DNA of 64,000 nucleotides from Cirrosporium novae-zelandiae (taxonomy: Eukaryota), in contig JAPETS010000039.1 in assembly GCA_026023565.1 (NCBI GenBank), forward strand, positions 186,001 through 250,000, read 5' to 3'. Positions 50,059 to 61,946 of this stretch are shown one piece after another. The notes under the pieces were generated by a model. It did no database searches. It was not told the origin of the DNA and worked only from the letters and a program-made list of their open reading frames with translations. Made by a program: the position numbers and the translations under genes. How positions within the stretch are numbered: the first letter of the stretch is position 1; every line of letters starts with the position of its first letter.

Positions 50059-52408
50059 TGTGGCGGGGAGAACAATGCAGGAGAAAAACATATTGACATA
50101 GTAAGCTATGGAAAAAAGGATCAGACAGATATATGCAGAAGTATCCACCGCCAATTTACATCTTCACCATAAGTGGTCCCTCGATAGCCATCACCAGGTA
50201 TCCTAGGCTCCATCGCTGAAGCTAACTGCTCTGATGTTGCAGAACATCAGAAGTCATGGCTACCCGATAAAGTAGACTAGGCCGCGGCTAGATATTTTTG
50301 AGCCGAGATCAACTCCGATACAACCAATCTTGTCATTTTCTCAATCCAAGTCTTCAATGATTCAATGTTTTAGTTTTGTTTGGAAGTCCTAAATTAGGTT
50401 AACTTAAAAATCGGGTGAGGTTCGGTATACCATGTCAATAACATGCTACCAAGGACCAACCTTCACCAACCTTTAGGGCATTCTCTGAGACATCCAAGTG
50501 GAATTATTTAAGAACATTGGGGGATCCAAGATTTAGCTCCATGGGAAGGTTGGAAGTTCCTAAAATGGACCACTAATGACTATTTATTAACAGGGGGATC
50601 CAGATTGGGTTTTTTTCTAGGAGACTGATAATTGATTTTTAGCAGCCTCAGGTATCGAATTATTTGCTGAACAACGTCGAGCCACAAAATAGTGATTGGA
50701 CCTACACGAAACCCTACCGGCAGTTCAACCGCCTTCCCTGCTAACGGTAACTACGAGAAAGGTAGGTAGTTTTGGGGATAGTCTCTCTAGGTTAGCGACC
50801 TAGGGAGGTACATATGTCGCTTGTGACTTCAAACTAGGAATATAACTGAGGCATATAATTAGTCTTTCAGAAACTTCGATAGCTTAGAGAGGTCTAGAGG
50901 ATAGTTGAGACGAAAATATTAAATTCATACAGGTGTTTCGCTTAACCATGACCAGTAGCCCAGAGTGGAATGTCCAGTACAATACCAGAGCTTAATTGCT
51001 CCCCGTATCGGCCCGGGGTTATCTGCAGTTCATGTGCCATGGCCCATAAGCTCAAGCTTCCAGAACAAGGCGCATAATTGCCTATCTCCAAAGTATATTT
51101 GCTTCTGTTGACTCTCTGTGCAAAATGTGGTCCCTGTGAGGGGACCCTTTTCACTTGGTTCCAGAGCATAGAAAGTGAACAAAGTGATTGATAGATAACT
51201 TTCCGAAGGTGGTGTTATATTAGCGTTGGGAAGATTACAGTACACGAGACAAGGATTTCGATCCTGGAAAGCGATCCGAACAGCTGTTTTTCTTGACAAC
51301 GATCAAATTGGCATTATATAGGCTTAAGAGACAAAGGCCAGAAAGATCCTGATATTTTTCCGCTGAGAGCTACTCTATCGAGAGAGTAAAACAAACCTGC
51401 CTTTGTGAATTGCGCGCTCTCCTCTGCCAGCAAAGAAAATTGAAAATTTGATTTTCAGGATGGCGAATGAACTAGGTTGATGCCGAAAGAGTAAAGGTGG
51501 ATTGGATTGAGCCACTTTACAGTAAAAAAGTTAAATTATTTCCTGCTGAGGCTTGAGTTGCTTGAGTTACTCCTCGCTAGGTTCAGGGATTTTTAACAAC
51601 CGCAAGCTTCACCTGGATCCGTTAACTCTCCTAATAGAGTTTTTGAGTAGTCTCCTCATTTTATCCATGCTTATTACTGGATTGAGCCAAAAGTAAAGAC
51701 CAAGGTTCAGATTTGTATATTCCGCGTCACCTAATGTCGTTCCACACTGCAGATCTTTCATCAACATCATTTTTTCCTTGGTTCCTGAATGGTGTTATCT
51801 TTGACCGTTATGCTAGTGCGCTGTATGCCGTGTTGGATAAAATACGGCATTTGGCGCTGATACATACGGTATTTACCTGAATGATCGACTTATTTTATCA
51901 GTATTCCCTGTCCTAAACCACACGAATACGAAGCAAGTCATTCAATACATAACAGTATTCCTCGCCCCAACACTGATCATATCTAAAACCATTATTTTAA
52001 GATGCTTTTGCGCGACCATTCTCTCCGTCGTACTGAGTAGACCCATCGGGCAAGACTGTGCGGTAGGCGTCTTCCGCTTAGCCCCTAGGTTCCTATCTAG
52101 GCTATCCCGGATTGAGTGGATCGATGAGTCGAACACTTTTTCAGTGGTATGAGTTCCTTAAGGAGGGCGAAGGCAAATGCACGAGGGTTCGCTACAGTTT
52201 GCACATCCATACTGGAAGAGGAATGACAAAAACGATGAAAGGTATCCTGAAACTACATTCTTCCCTGGTAATACTACCAGTAGCTCCTGAATGTCATGTG
52301 TACTATATCTTCACAAACATCGCATCCTACTCTATAAATCTCTGCAAGGCACAGATATTAAGATGAACCTCTTCCACTCATTTACTTAGGTTTCATCACT
52401 TTATAATC

Positions 52409-53734
52409 ATGTCAGGCTCATCCGCCATAAATATTACCGATATCTTCGGTCCCGCTCCAACAGGGCTAGACCTTACGGAAAGTGAAACTGCAGGCAACAA
52501 TGCAGCTGTTATCACTCTTATGATTGTTGCTACAGTCACGGTCGGTCTTCGTCTATATGCTCGTTCAACTCAAAAAACCCCATTGGGTTTAGATGACTAT
52601 AGTATCATTCTGGCACTGGTGAGATTTTATCCACTCTCTTTATAGAAGCCATTCTGACATTGTGATAGCTAGCTGCAATTGGCACCGGTGTGGACAGTCT
52701 AATTGGTAAGCTGCCATTTGTATATTGGGAGACTATATCGGGTGAAGATAGTCTGACTGGCTCGACATTGTAGCTGGGACGCATGGTATTGGCAAACATG
52801 TCTGGGCAGTCTCGGTACCAGATGTTGTTGAGATTGGAAAGGTAAGCCATTAAATCCACACTTAAATCTGCACTTGGCATTCTAAAATGATACCTATGCA
52901 GCTTCTCTACGGATTTATATGGCTGTATGCCTCCGTTGTACCCCTAATCAAGTTCTCCATCATACTGTTATACCGCCGCATCTTCAAATTCACCTGGACT
53001 CTTTACATATGTTCTTTTCTGGTTGGGGGGTGGTGGTTTGCTGTCTACATCGTCAATCTTACCGCCTGCCGGCCCATTCATCATTTTTGGACCCAGTACA
53101 ACAACCCTACTGAGAACGGCTACTGCATCAATACTACTAATTACTTCATCGGAAATGCCATAGCTAGTATGATCACCGATGTGTTAATCCTTATGGTGCC
53201 TGTTCCAATAGTCTGGCACTTACAAATGCCACGCCCCCAAAGGATTATGGTCCTGGGTATCTTTGGTCTTGGTGCATTGTAAGTCATTTTCAAAATCGTT
53301 TTCAACAAACTTTTACTGCTTGTGCACCAGCTAATATGTTGGATGGTTATAGCGTCTGCGCAGCTAGTGTTGTCCGCATTCAATATCTCTGGACATTAAA
53401 AACTACCGCCGATTTCACGTGGGTCATGGGTCGTTGCTTTATTTGGTCATCTGTAGAGCCATGCATTGGCATTGTCTGCGCCTGCCTTCCAACTCTACGT
53501 CCTCTCTTCCGTGGTGTGTTCAAGGGCTGGTTTAATACCTCTGCTCGTGGGAAATCAAGCGTCATGGGCAATTCCGGGACCGATATCCGAAGTGGTCACA
53601 ATAGGGACTTTATGCGATTATCTAAAACCCGAGAGCAATCCGACTTGGATGACGACGAAATGCAGCTCACCAACGTCGTTGGCACTGGCTCTGGGAGCGT
53701 TGCGACAAAGGATACGGAGGATCGCAAATATTAG
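52409..53734 (+). CDS. PTH11-like (fungal rhodopsin-domain) integral membrane protein, multi-exon, no CFEM domain
   Basis: Motifs LRLYAR..LGLDDY, GIGKHVW, IKFSIILLYRRIF, CRP..FW, TDVLIL..P and EPCIGIVCACLPTLRP. Confidence 0.9.
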
Positions 53735-54483
53735 GATGCATGTAGTATGGTTTGTAGCGGACTCTTTCATTGTCCAGTTGATTTTCTCGCAGGTTGCAGG
53801 GCTCCAATTATTTTTAAGACTTTCCTTTGCCGGTCATCTGTGACATACATAATATGGTCCAGGACCATCATACAAAAATGTTTACAACAGATCTGATGAT
53901 AGCATATCTGACTGCTGGCAGTCAACGGCTAGTTTAAAGGCATGTAGGTGAGCTTTGTGATCACTACAATTCAAATTTTGTAACCCAAAACAAGCCAGAG
54001 AGGACCGGACTTTCAACGAAGAGGGTGTTGGTTGACCTATATTGATGGAAAACGGCTTCTCCAAAGGGTCTACCCTTGAAAAACTTAGATTCATTGCCCT
54101 GAGCTTCAATAAGGAGAAACATGAGAAAATGGACCTTGTCATGATTTAATGTGATAGGGAATAGTCTAAAATAAACCATAGGTCGGTCTTCTCTATCTTC
54201 TCTCTGTATTCTTAGCCGTGTAGTAGCCATTGGGATTACATTTATTGAACATGATTGATGCGCAAGTCGACGAGATAAGATTTATTCCAACACCTTAGGG
54301 GGTTGTAAGTGCGCTTATAATTGTATAATCGCGGTTAGTTATATGGACCAAGCGTATAGCGACAATTGTACACCCATGACACCGTATAACGACTTAGCGC
54401 TAAGCATGGGTTAGCAACACACAGCTACTAGAATGCAGAGCATTGTAACAACAAGGGTGTGGAAATAAGTGAAATTTAAAAAC

Positions 54484-54528
54484 TACCTAGGTACTCAGTA
54501 TGTATTCAATTACCTACCTAGGTAGGTA
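54484..54528. repeat. Palindromic TACCTAGGTA-type elements, including a perfect 18-bp palindrome at 54511-54528
   Basis: tacctaggta (54484-54493) and tacctacctaggtaggta, read directly. Confidence 0.7.
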
Positions 54529-54951
54529 GCTAGGATGGGGATGGATGAAGAAAGGTGAGCTTGAGGATGAGAGGGTGACTCCTACCCCAGCAGCACCAAG
54601 GAATCATATCCGTACAGTCGTAGGTATTAAAGCACTACCCTCAGTCTCATAATTCTTCAACTTACAATCTCTCAGCTCCCAGAAATTAAAATGAACTACA
54701 GCCACCAAAAAATATGACTTGTATAAAGTACAGCTTGCAGCATTGGCTGGCTTAATCAAGTCACCTAATAGCTGCATAATATGTCGAGGATAGCTTAACT
54801 TGTGCAACTCACTCGAAAGGACCACTGCGCCCGAGTCTGTGTATAGCTGGGGTGGGCGATATATTAAATATATATTTTAATAGACACCACATCACACTTG
54901 GTAGGTCAAGGTGAACTTTGTTTCAAATATTTTCTCGTTGATACTTTCTCC

Positions 54952-57255
54952 ATGGATCCCTCCAAGGCTTTCGTAGAATGGAGGCACGATAGAGCTGGGC
55001 TTTGTCTAGTCAGACTGTCGGAAAACAATAAACAAAAACTATTCCATCGAGCTATGCAGGCCTCCCAATCTCGAATATCCAAGAGCAAGACTGTGATTGA
55101 GAATTTAAGGAAGCTCAATCCTGGACTTGCAGGACAATTTGAGATGCGAAGCTCCGCTACAGCGCGGGCACCGTTTCGACTTCTTTGCTCAACTCACTCT
55201 CGGGTGGCTCAAGATGCCTTTGCTGAAGTGGAATCTTACGTCTCTATTAGCTATTGCTGGCACAACGATACTTGGGAGCCTATACCTTTATGTCAGAAAG
55301 AAGACTGGCCAATATCCGACATCATGATGCGCATGGTCAAAAGGCACTTGCAATCCGAAAATGAGGGCATATGGATTGATCAGATTTGTATCCATCAAGA
55401 GAATCAGGTGGAAAAAATACGTGCGATTGCGTCCATGGATCTAATCTACAAGAGTGCTCGTCAAGTCTTAATCCTTCTTGAGGATTTGAACCTCCTAGAA
55501 AAGGATAAAGAAGATATCGATGCCCTAAGGAAATATACATTTAGGTCCTTCGAAGCGCCTGAGGGCAGCGAACCTAGTGGCACTAACCCCGGTCTGGTCG
55601 CTGGCATATTGTTAAAGTTTTGGTCTTCCCGTTGGTTCTCACGTGCGTGGGGTGCCTATGAGTATAAGATTGGGAGGTACTTGTCGGGACAGGAAATGCC
55701 TGTAATATTTGCGGTGATCAACAACGAGGATGTGACAGCGAATGAGATTCTATCAATTTCTATAAACGTCTTGCACGTTGGAGCTTCAGTCCAGAGGATA
55801 ATATTTGATCGCCAAATTTTGCCATCCATCAACCGAAATCGGCAAGAAGCTCTCTATCTTCAAAGTCAATTTTTCATGGATCCACCAAACCTCTCTTCCC
55901 GAAATTCTACTAAGCTCTTTTCTCTTGTTTGCACTGTGCTTACTGATTATCTCGCTATTCTCCTAAACTCTAGTGACCTAGATTTGTATTACACAGGGAC
56001 AGTCAATTCCGCCGACGAATGTCGGTGGGTTCTCGACTCTTTGGGACTTGCTGCGGGAGACGTTTCTGTGCTTACTAGCATTGGACATCAGCTCCTCCTA
56101 GATTTAAATGGTGTGCTAGTGCCATCATGGAGATATGCGATATCGTCGCTAGATTTCATACATCATTGCACCCTTCCGGCGAATAACCATATCGACAAGA
56201 TCTCAGAACAAAGCATTGGCCTGGATCTTCTCATCTTGGAAAAGCCTTTTAGTGTTCCTACGTGGGACCATAAAGAGCGCGCAAGGAGGTTTGTGGAGTG
56301 TTGCATGAGCAAGCGTGTACCAACATGCAAATCATGGATATCATTCGAACATTGGGATGAGTATAGAAATCATTTCACGGACATTCCAGCCATGTACACT
56401 TCAACCATCGATGCTTTGTCCGAAGCATTGGCAAAGCAAGTGACAGCTATTGTTGAGCTCGGGATTGACTGGATGAGGAAGGCTTGGTATATTGTTGATA
56501 GGGAACTAATTGGCAAGGAGGGCGGCAAATGGCTCTTTAAATCGGGTGATATTGAACTCTGGGAGCCTGCCCGCAACATCCTATTTAAAGATTTGATCAG
56601 TGAGGAAGCGCTAACTCTTTACCAACAAGAAATTGTCAATCTTCTTAGCTTCCTCCTCCACCATGACGTTCTTAATGAAATAAATGACGCTCGGGTTATT
56701 CCCACTAGTGCGGCTGGTGACTTTGCTGTTATTAACATTGTGTGGCTCAAAGGAGACCTTGCTAAGGGTAACAAATATACACTGGCTATTCCTGTAGCCC
56801 TTGCAGGTCAAGCATATCAACGTTCGCATAGAGTCTGGATTCTCGAAGATTACGATCGACCTCCACCCGCCCCCACCATCGCATCCTCCACCACCATATC
56901 CGCCTCCACATCCACCCTTGCCTCTACACTCTCCTACTACAACATTAGCCCCACACGCACCCGAAACACAATTCCTAATAGCTCCAACCCCCACAGCCAT
57001 GCACTCGGATCCACCTTACAACCCATGGAAGTAATCATCGAAGAAGACGAAGCCAATGGAACAAAAGTCGCTGAGAAGGATAATCTGCAAGGCTCCAAGG
57101 TGTTACCTGACAAGGAGGAGAGCCAGTCTTCAGAAGAAGAGCCACCGTCACGTCGCTGGAGGATTGTTGGCAAGGCGGTTCTTTGGGGATGTCCTACTCT
57201 GTATTGGGATGGCGAGGTTGTCACTCTCCATGAACACCAAAGTGTATATGGCTAA
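54952..57255 (+). CDS. HET-domain (heterokaryon-incompatibility family) protein, single exon
   Basis: The three HET blocks are present: YVSISYCW, IWIDQICIHQ..EK..AIASMDLIYKSA and SRWFSRAW..E. Confidence 0.88.
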   Translation: MDPSKAFVEWRHDRAGLCLVRLSENNKQKLFHRAMQASQSRISKSKTVIENLRKLNPGLAGQFEMRSSATARAPFRLLCSTHSRVAQDAFAEVESYVSISYCWHNDTWEPIPLCQKEDWPISDIMMRMVKRHLQSENEGIWIDQICIHQENQVEKIRAIASMDLIYKSARQVLILLEDLNLLEKDKEDIDALRKYTFRSFEAPEGSEPSGTNPGLVAGILLKFWSSRWFSRAWGAYEYKIGRYLSGQEMPVIFAVINNEDVTANEILSISINVLHVGASVQRIIFDRQILPSINRNRQEALYLQSQFFMDPPNLSSRNSTKLFSLVCTVLTDYLAILLNSSDLDLYYTGTVNSADECRWVLDSLGLAAGDVSVLTSIGHQLLLDLNGVLVPSWRYAISSLDFIHHCTLPANNHIDKISEQSIGLDLLILEKPFSVPTWDHKERARRFVECCMSKRVPTCKSWISFEHWDEYRNHFTDIPAMYTSTIDALSEALAKQVTAIVELGIDWMRKAWYIVDRELIGKEGGKWLFKSGDIELWEPARNILFKDLISEEALTLYQQEIVNLLSFLLHHDVLNEINDARVIPTSAAGDFAVINIVWLKGDLAKGNKYTLAIPVALAGQAYQRSHRVWILEDYDRPPPAPTIASSTTISASTSTLASTLSYYNISPTRTRNTIPNSSNPHSHALGSTLQPMEVIIEEDEANGTKVAEKDNLQGSKVLPDKEESQSSEEEPPSRRWRIVGKAVLWGCPTLYWDGEVVTLHEHQSVYG

Positions 57256-57625
57256 ATGTATATACTTTGATGTTAATGCGCAGTGATGGTTTGATCACCC
57301 GCAACAACGCCCTATGGCATGGAAATCGATCCCACCACTGGTAGCAAGAAGGTTTCCGTAGTAACAAAGAAGATAAAAAGATCTAGTTTCAGAACAGCAG
57401 TTTTCATTGTTTACCTTATTTTATGCAATCTCTATGGCATTAGGCGCGACATCACTTGTTGCATACTCGCTTCTACTCCTCTCCTCTCCTCCGCTTATAG
57501 GAACATTATCAAATCATCTAGACTATAACCCTAAGTTGAATAAATTCTTTAAAACCACTCGGCTCTAGCCGTTACCACCACATTTTAGGCTTATCCTGCC
57601 TCCTCAGACTATCTACCTTGAAAAA

Positions 57626-58111
57626 ATGCCAGTCAACAGACGGCGTGGCTATCCAATGCCACACGAGTCCCAAGAGACCACCTCGAACGTACCATCTGAA
57701 TCTTCATCAGACCCCAACCTGCTTAACGATCCAACTCCCCTCGACATCGCTCACGCCCACGCGATTCGCGCCCTCCGCATCGCTCATCAAGATGCAACCT
57801 ACTCCTCCCTAACCCTCTACCGGATTATGAACAACCTCACCTCACCCCCAGCCCACGAACCATTCTCGCCAATGCTCCCTGTCGAAATCCAAGAGATGAT
57901 CACGCAGCATCTGGGTCTGCTCCATAAGATTGCTTGGAAGTATACTTGCCGGGCCAACTATAGGGGGACGCAGGTGGATAGGAAAATGAGAATAGAGCTT
58001 CAGAGGTGGGTGGTGACGGGGTGGAAATTTCAGGGGATGAGGGAGGCATGGATTGAGGAGGGGGGGTTGGCGAGGTGGATTGGGGAGATGATGTATTGGG
58101 AGGGGGTTTAG
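57626..58111 (+). CDS. Small hypothetical protein with an F-box-like motif
   Basis: FSPMLPVEIQEMITQHL..IAWKYTCR resembles the F-box LP.EI...I...L...L..TC pattern. Confidence 0.5.
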   Translation: MPVNRRRGYPMPHESQETTSNVPSESSSDPNLLNDPTPLDIAHAHAIRALRIAHQDATYSSLTLYRIMNNLTSPPAHEPFSPMLPVEIQEMITQHLGLLHKIAWKYTCRANYRGTQVDRKMRIELQRWVVTGWKFQGMREAWIEEGGLARWIGEMMYWEGV

Positions 58112-58116
58112 AAAGG

Positions 58117-58608
58117 GGATGGATGGATGGATGGATGGAATATTCAGAGATGGGGTAAACTATGATATGTACAGTAGGCCTAGCTAAGATCACCCTGGTT
58201 TATAGGGTTTAGACTAAGGGGGCGGGGGGGAGGAGGGTGCAGATGTTGTTTTCTGATACCATCAAAGAACTAACAATGATTGACTGAAGCAATGAAACAT
58301 GAAAACAATCCCACTCTGTATTTTCTAAATCATGAGTCTGATTGCTAGTCTATACTAAGGCTATCAATCAATCAATCAATCAAAACTGATCAAGCTCGCA
58401 CATATTATTACAAAACCATCCGCGTGAGGTTTTTTTCTTCTATCCCAGCCCGCCGTTACTAAGTAATATAAACATTATTGATGTAGTCTAAATATTTTTT
58501 ATATAGATATAGATATAGATATATGTAGATGCTAATTAATAGATGCAATATGGACGTTTTGTATACCTTTTAATTAATTTCTTTACATACTTAGGTAGGT
58601 AGGTAGGT
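58117..58608. repeat. Cluster of short microsatellites: (GGAT)n ~58117-58138, (ATCA)n ~58363-58382, (ATATAG)n ~58501-58522, (TAGG)n ~58592-58608
   Basis: Read directly in AT-rich intergenic DNA. Confidence 0.75.
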
Positions 58609-60027
58609 ATATGCATATATACTGTACAAATCTTGCCTTTGTTTGGAGGGGTTTTGACTTCCGGGTTTGCTATAGATATATAATTTATGCATGCAACATG
58701 CGACATGCACATGCAAGCAAATGGATAATAGCAAGCGTCAAATGATTCCTTTAGCACGGGACATTTTTAAGTTTTTTTTTTTGTTCTGTAAAATGTTAAT
58801 TGCGTTGTTCCCCTTTCCAATGCTTATCATGATATCTAGATGGATTCACTTTTTGATGGATGCTTGAGGAGCTAATATATAGATGAAGAGAGTATCATTA
58901 ATTAGTAGTACTTCTCCAAAATTAAAGAAAAATTTTTTTTTTTCATCATCATTATCATGAGCTTGTCTCTGCCCTTTTTTCTTTCATCGAGATATGGATG
59001 CTTTGCGTATCTATTTATCTACCTACCTTTTTTCATGTCATGGACGCGCTTTTTGATATTCGGAAGCAGCTTGTTTCAGGGGGAAAGAGAAAAGAGAAAG
59101 AGAGCAAGAAGATGAGAGGAACTAGCTATTATATAGATACAACAGGGGAGAGGGGACTTATATTGATTGATCCTCTTGATGATGATGGTTCTGATGAGCA
59201 CCCACAAAAGCCAATGAAAATGGGAATTGAGAATGTCAATAATGCATGCATGTGTACTGCTAATACTGTGTTATACTCTCTCCTCTTTTGCTCTTCGATG
59301 TACCTACTATCTGGATACCCACCACTTCTCTGCATTCACAAGTAACACACCTCGTCATTGAGTTTTGATTTAGATAATTTCAGATGACGATGGGAAGAGT
59401 TATCGAATGCTTTGGGGGTTGTGTTAGTATAGCACCGCACCTGGAGATGAATGATGAACTTACTGGTGACGATGAATTTATCTCAACTGTGTGTTCTTGT
59501 CTCTTCAGGTGCAAAGAAAGGTAGGAGTGCTGTCGCGATATATATGATTGTATGAATGATGGCATATCTCAACACATTGAGATGGTATAATTTGTTTTTG
59601 AAAAATTTTCAAGAGGTGTAGGGCCTGTGGTAGTTTACTTGGTTAGAGACGAGTCGGAAAAGCCTGTAAGTCTTTGATTAGATGCTTGATTTAGCAGCTT
59701 ATTTAAATTTGCCGTGGATAGGCGTGTGGTGTTGAGAAGAGTGAATAGTGATGGTGTGCGCTGCGCCGTCCATTTTGTCAACACCAGAAGAATCATACAC
59801 CTGAGAGCACCTCCAAGCTCTCTACTACTCACGCTTCTCTTCTGATCCTAACTCAGAATTGGAGTTTTCTGTTTTCCATCTTGGTTGTATCAACCTCTTC
59901 CTTTTTAACCTCGAATTGACTACTTCAACTTCAACTCTTTTGAATCCGCAGTCATTTTCCTCAACTCATCCACATTTTCTTCTTACCATTCAGAAACTTA
60001 ACCTTTAAAGGACCTTAAAGAGGAAAT

Positions 60028-61275
60028 ATGGCGTCCTCAAACAGTAAACCTAGAAAGACAAGAGGTAGGTATGCTCTCCAATAACAAATGATCAGAGCTG
60101 ATATAAAAACAGACCATACAAAAGCATCTCCCCATGTTACCATGTCCGGGATAACCCTTTACACAAATGAGCCCGGGAAACTAGGTTTGTTCTTGCCATA
60201 AATCAGAGGCAGCTAATAATGCTAATGGTTTCGAATAGTAGAAGCTGTGTTTCTTCACCAAATGAAGCTCTCACCAGCAGAGTCGCTGAACAATTATGGT
60301 ATATTAACACTGCTTTGGGACAAAAGTAGAAACCCACTAATAATCGTAGATCACAAACCTAAGCAAGGGAAAAGGACTGCTGACCTCACATCATACATCC
60401 CACTCCACAGAACATGGGGTCCTGGGCGTGCTGAACGACCAGAGATATTATTTGAGCTCAACAACATCAACCCTCCTTGTACGGATCCTGTAACCTTTCT
60501 CAAAGATAGCAACGGAAGAGTCGTCCTAGACACACTGGGCTGGGTAGTCAGAGACATTCCTCACATTCCAAGAACCATATCGACAAAGGTTGAAGGGTGG
60601 AGGATAGAAGCAATTTCTCGTGCAGACTCTTGGATTTGTATGCAAGACTTTCGGGCGCGCATGCCACTCTCCCTGACTCCTACTGGTGGAGATTCTCGCC
60701 CATCTACTGGAACTGTAGCCATGAGGGCAAACCGTTGGAGAGAGGAAGGACGGTGCCTTTCATGAAAACCAAGCGGAGAATCTATTCGACTCAAAGACAA
60801 ACTCTTTAAAGAGTTGACCCCCCAGATGGTGGAAGGTAACACAACACGGGGCCTGAGAGACCTTACACGAACTGAGGTAGGGGCATTGTATAAAGAAGGT
60901 TATGGAACGGGCTTTCACAAAGCTGGCAAAAGAAAGTTGACCGATACTCAACGACAGCAAAACAAGGAGCAGTATGCTGCAGATTTGCACGGTGAAAAGA
61001 CTGATACCGAAGGCCAAAAAACCAATAATTTGCAACAAGAACCCCAAAAGATCATGAGTGAAATGGAAAAGAATCCGGAGACAAGTTTACAAAAGTTTAT
61101 AACCGAAACCCTTGCTGAGATAAAAGCCATCAAAGCTGATCACCAAAAGTTCTTAGCTCAACAACCTTGGAACCAAGCTGACACTCCTAGAGGGGCTACT
61201 GTTCAAGGCGTTAGTAATAGGAATAGTGATCCAACCTCTTCCCGTGGATCCGAACCTGGACGATACATGAATTAA
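60028..61275 (+). pseudogene. Hypothetical fungal protein gene with one in-frame TGA (60763-60765); introns 60065-60112 and 60185-60238
   Basis: The spliced exons join in frame to ORF 60247-60765. The frame continues past the TGA (RCLS*KPSGESIRLKDKLFKELTPQM) into ORF 60814-61275. Confidence 0.7.
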
Positions 61276-61946
61276 AAATTTGTTCAATCGGCACAACATA
61301 TAGAAAATATCGAAAAAAGTCCCACAATGGCCATAGCCTACAAAGACTTTCTCCTACTTCGATTGAACAGTTCGTTGGGTGGAGGGTTTCGGAAGAATGG
61401 AAGGTGAAAGGCGATTTTTCCTTCACATTCCTAAACTTTCAAGGTAGATATCTGTTTTCCGTGTTTGGCGTTAATGCTGGCTGTCCTATAATTGGCATGC
61501 TAGAGAGTTGCAGGAGGGTTAGGCTAGTTGAAGGACAAATCAGTGAATAGGTTTCAACAAGCTAGTCTAGTAGTTCTCATTCAAAGACTCCCATAAAACC
61601 GTCGTTATTGCTTTGTTGTCTATTATTATAGAATAATTCCTCAATCGTGTAACTTGGATGTTGACTTCAATGACGTTGATTGCCAAGGGGCTATGCTATC
61701 GGAATTCCTTATCGTATACTTAATTATGTAAGTATTGAAACATTAGATAGACTAATTAATGCCCATGTACTTTATTACGAACAGACGGAATCCCTCCGCC
61801 ATCACTTCTAGTGCTTCCCCACAATTGCATTATCAATCTATCGTCATCATCAAGAACAGGGATTAAAAGTCCTCCAAGGCTTAAACTTTTGGCCCTTTTC
61901 GAAAAAATGGCATTCTCATTTTTGATCTACCTTCCTATAGTTCCCT

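Noticed and set aside
50942..51299. Minus-strand ORF fragments between the hydrolase and the PTH11-like gene
   Set aside because: No recognisable domain, no ATG start for the longer frame, and no consistent splice pattern.
53882..54230. Two overlapping short minus-strand ORFs
   Set aside because: No recognisable family or gene structure; they could be chance ORFs or an unidentifiable relic.
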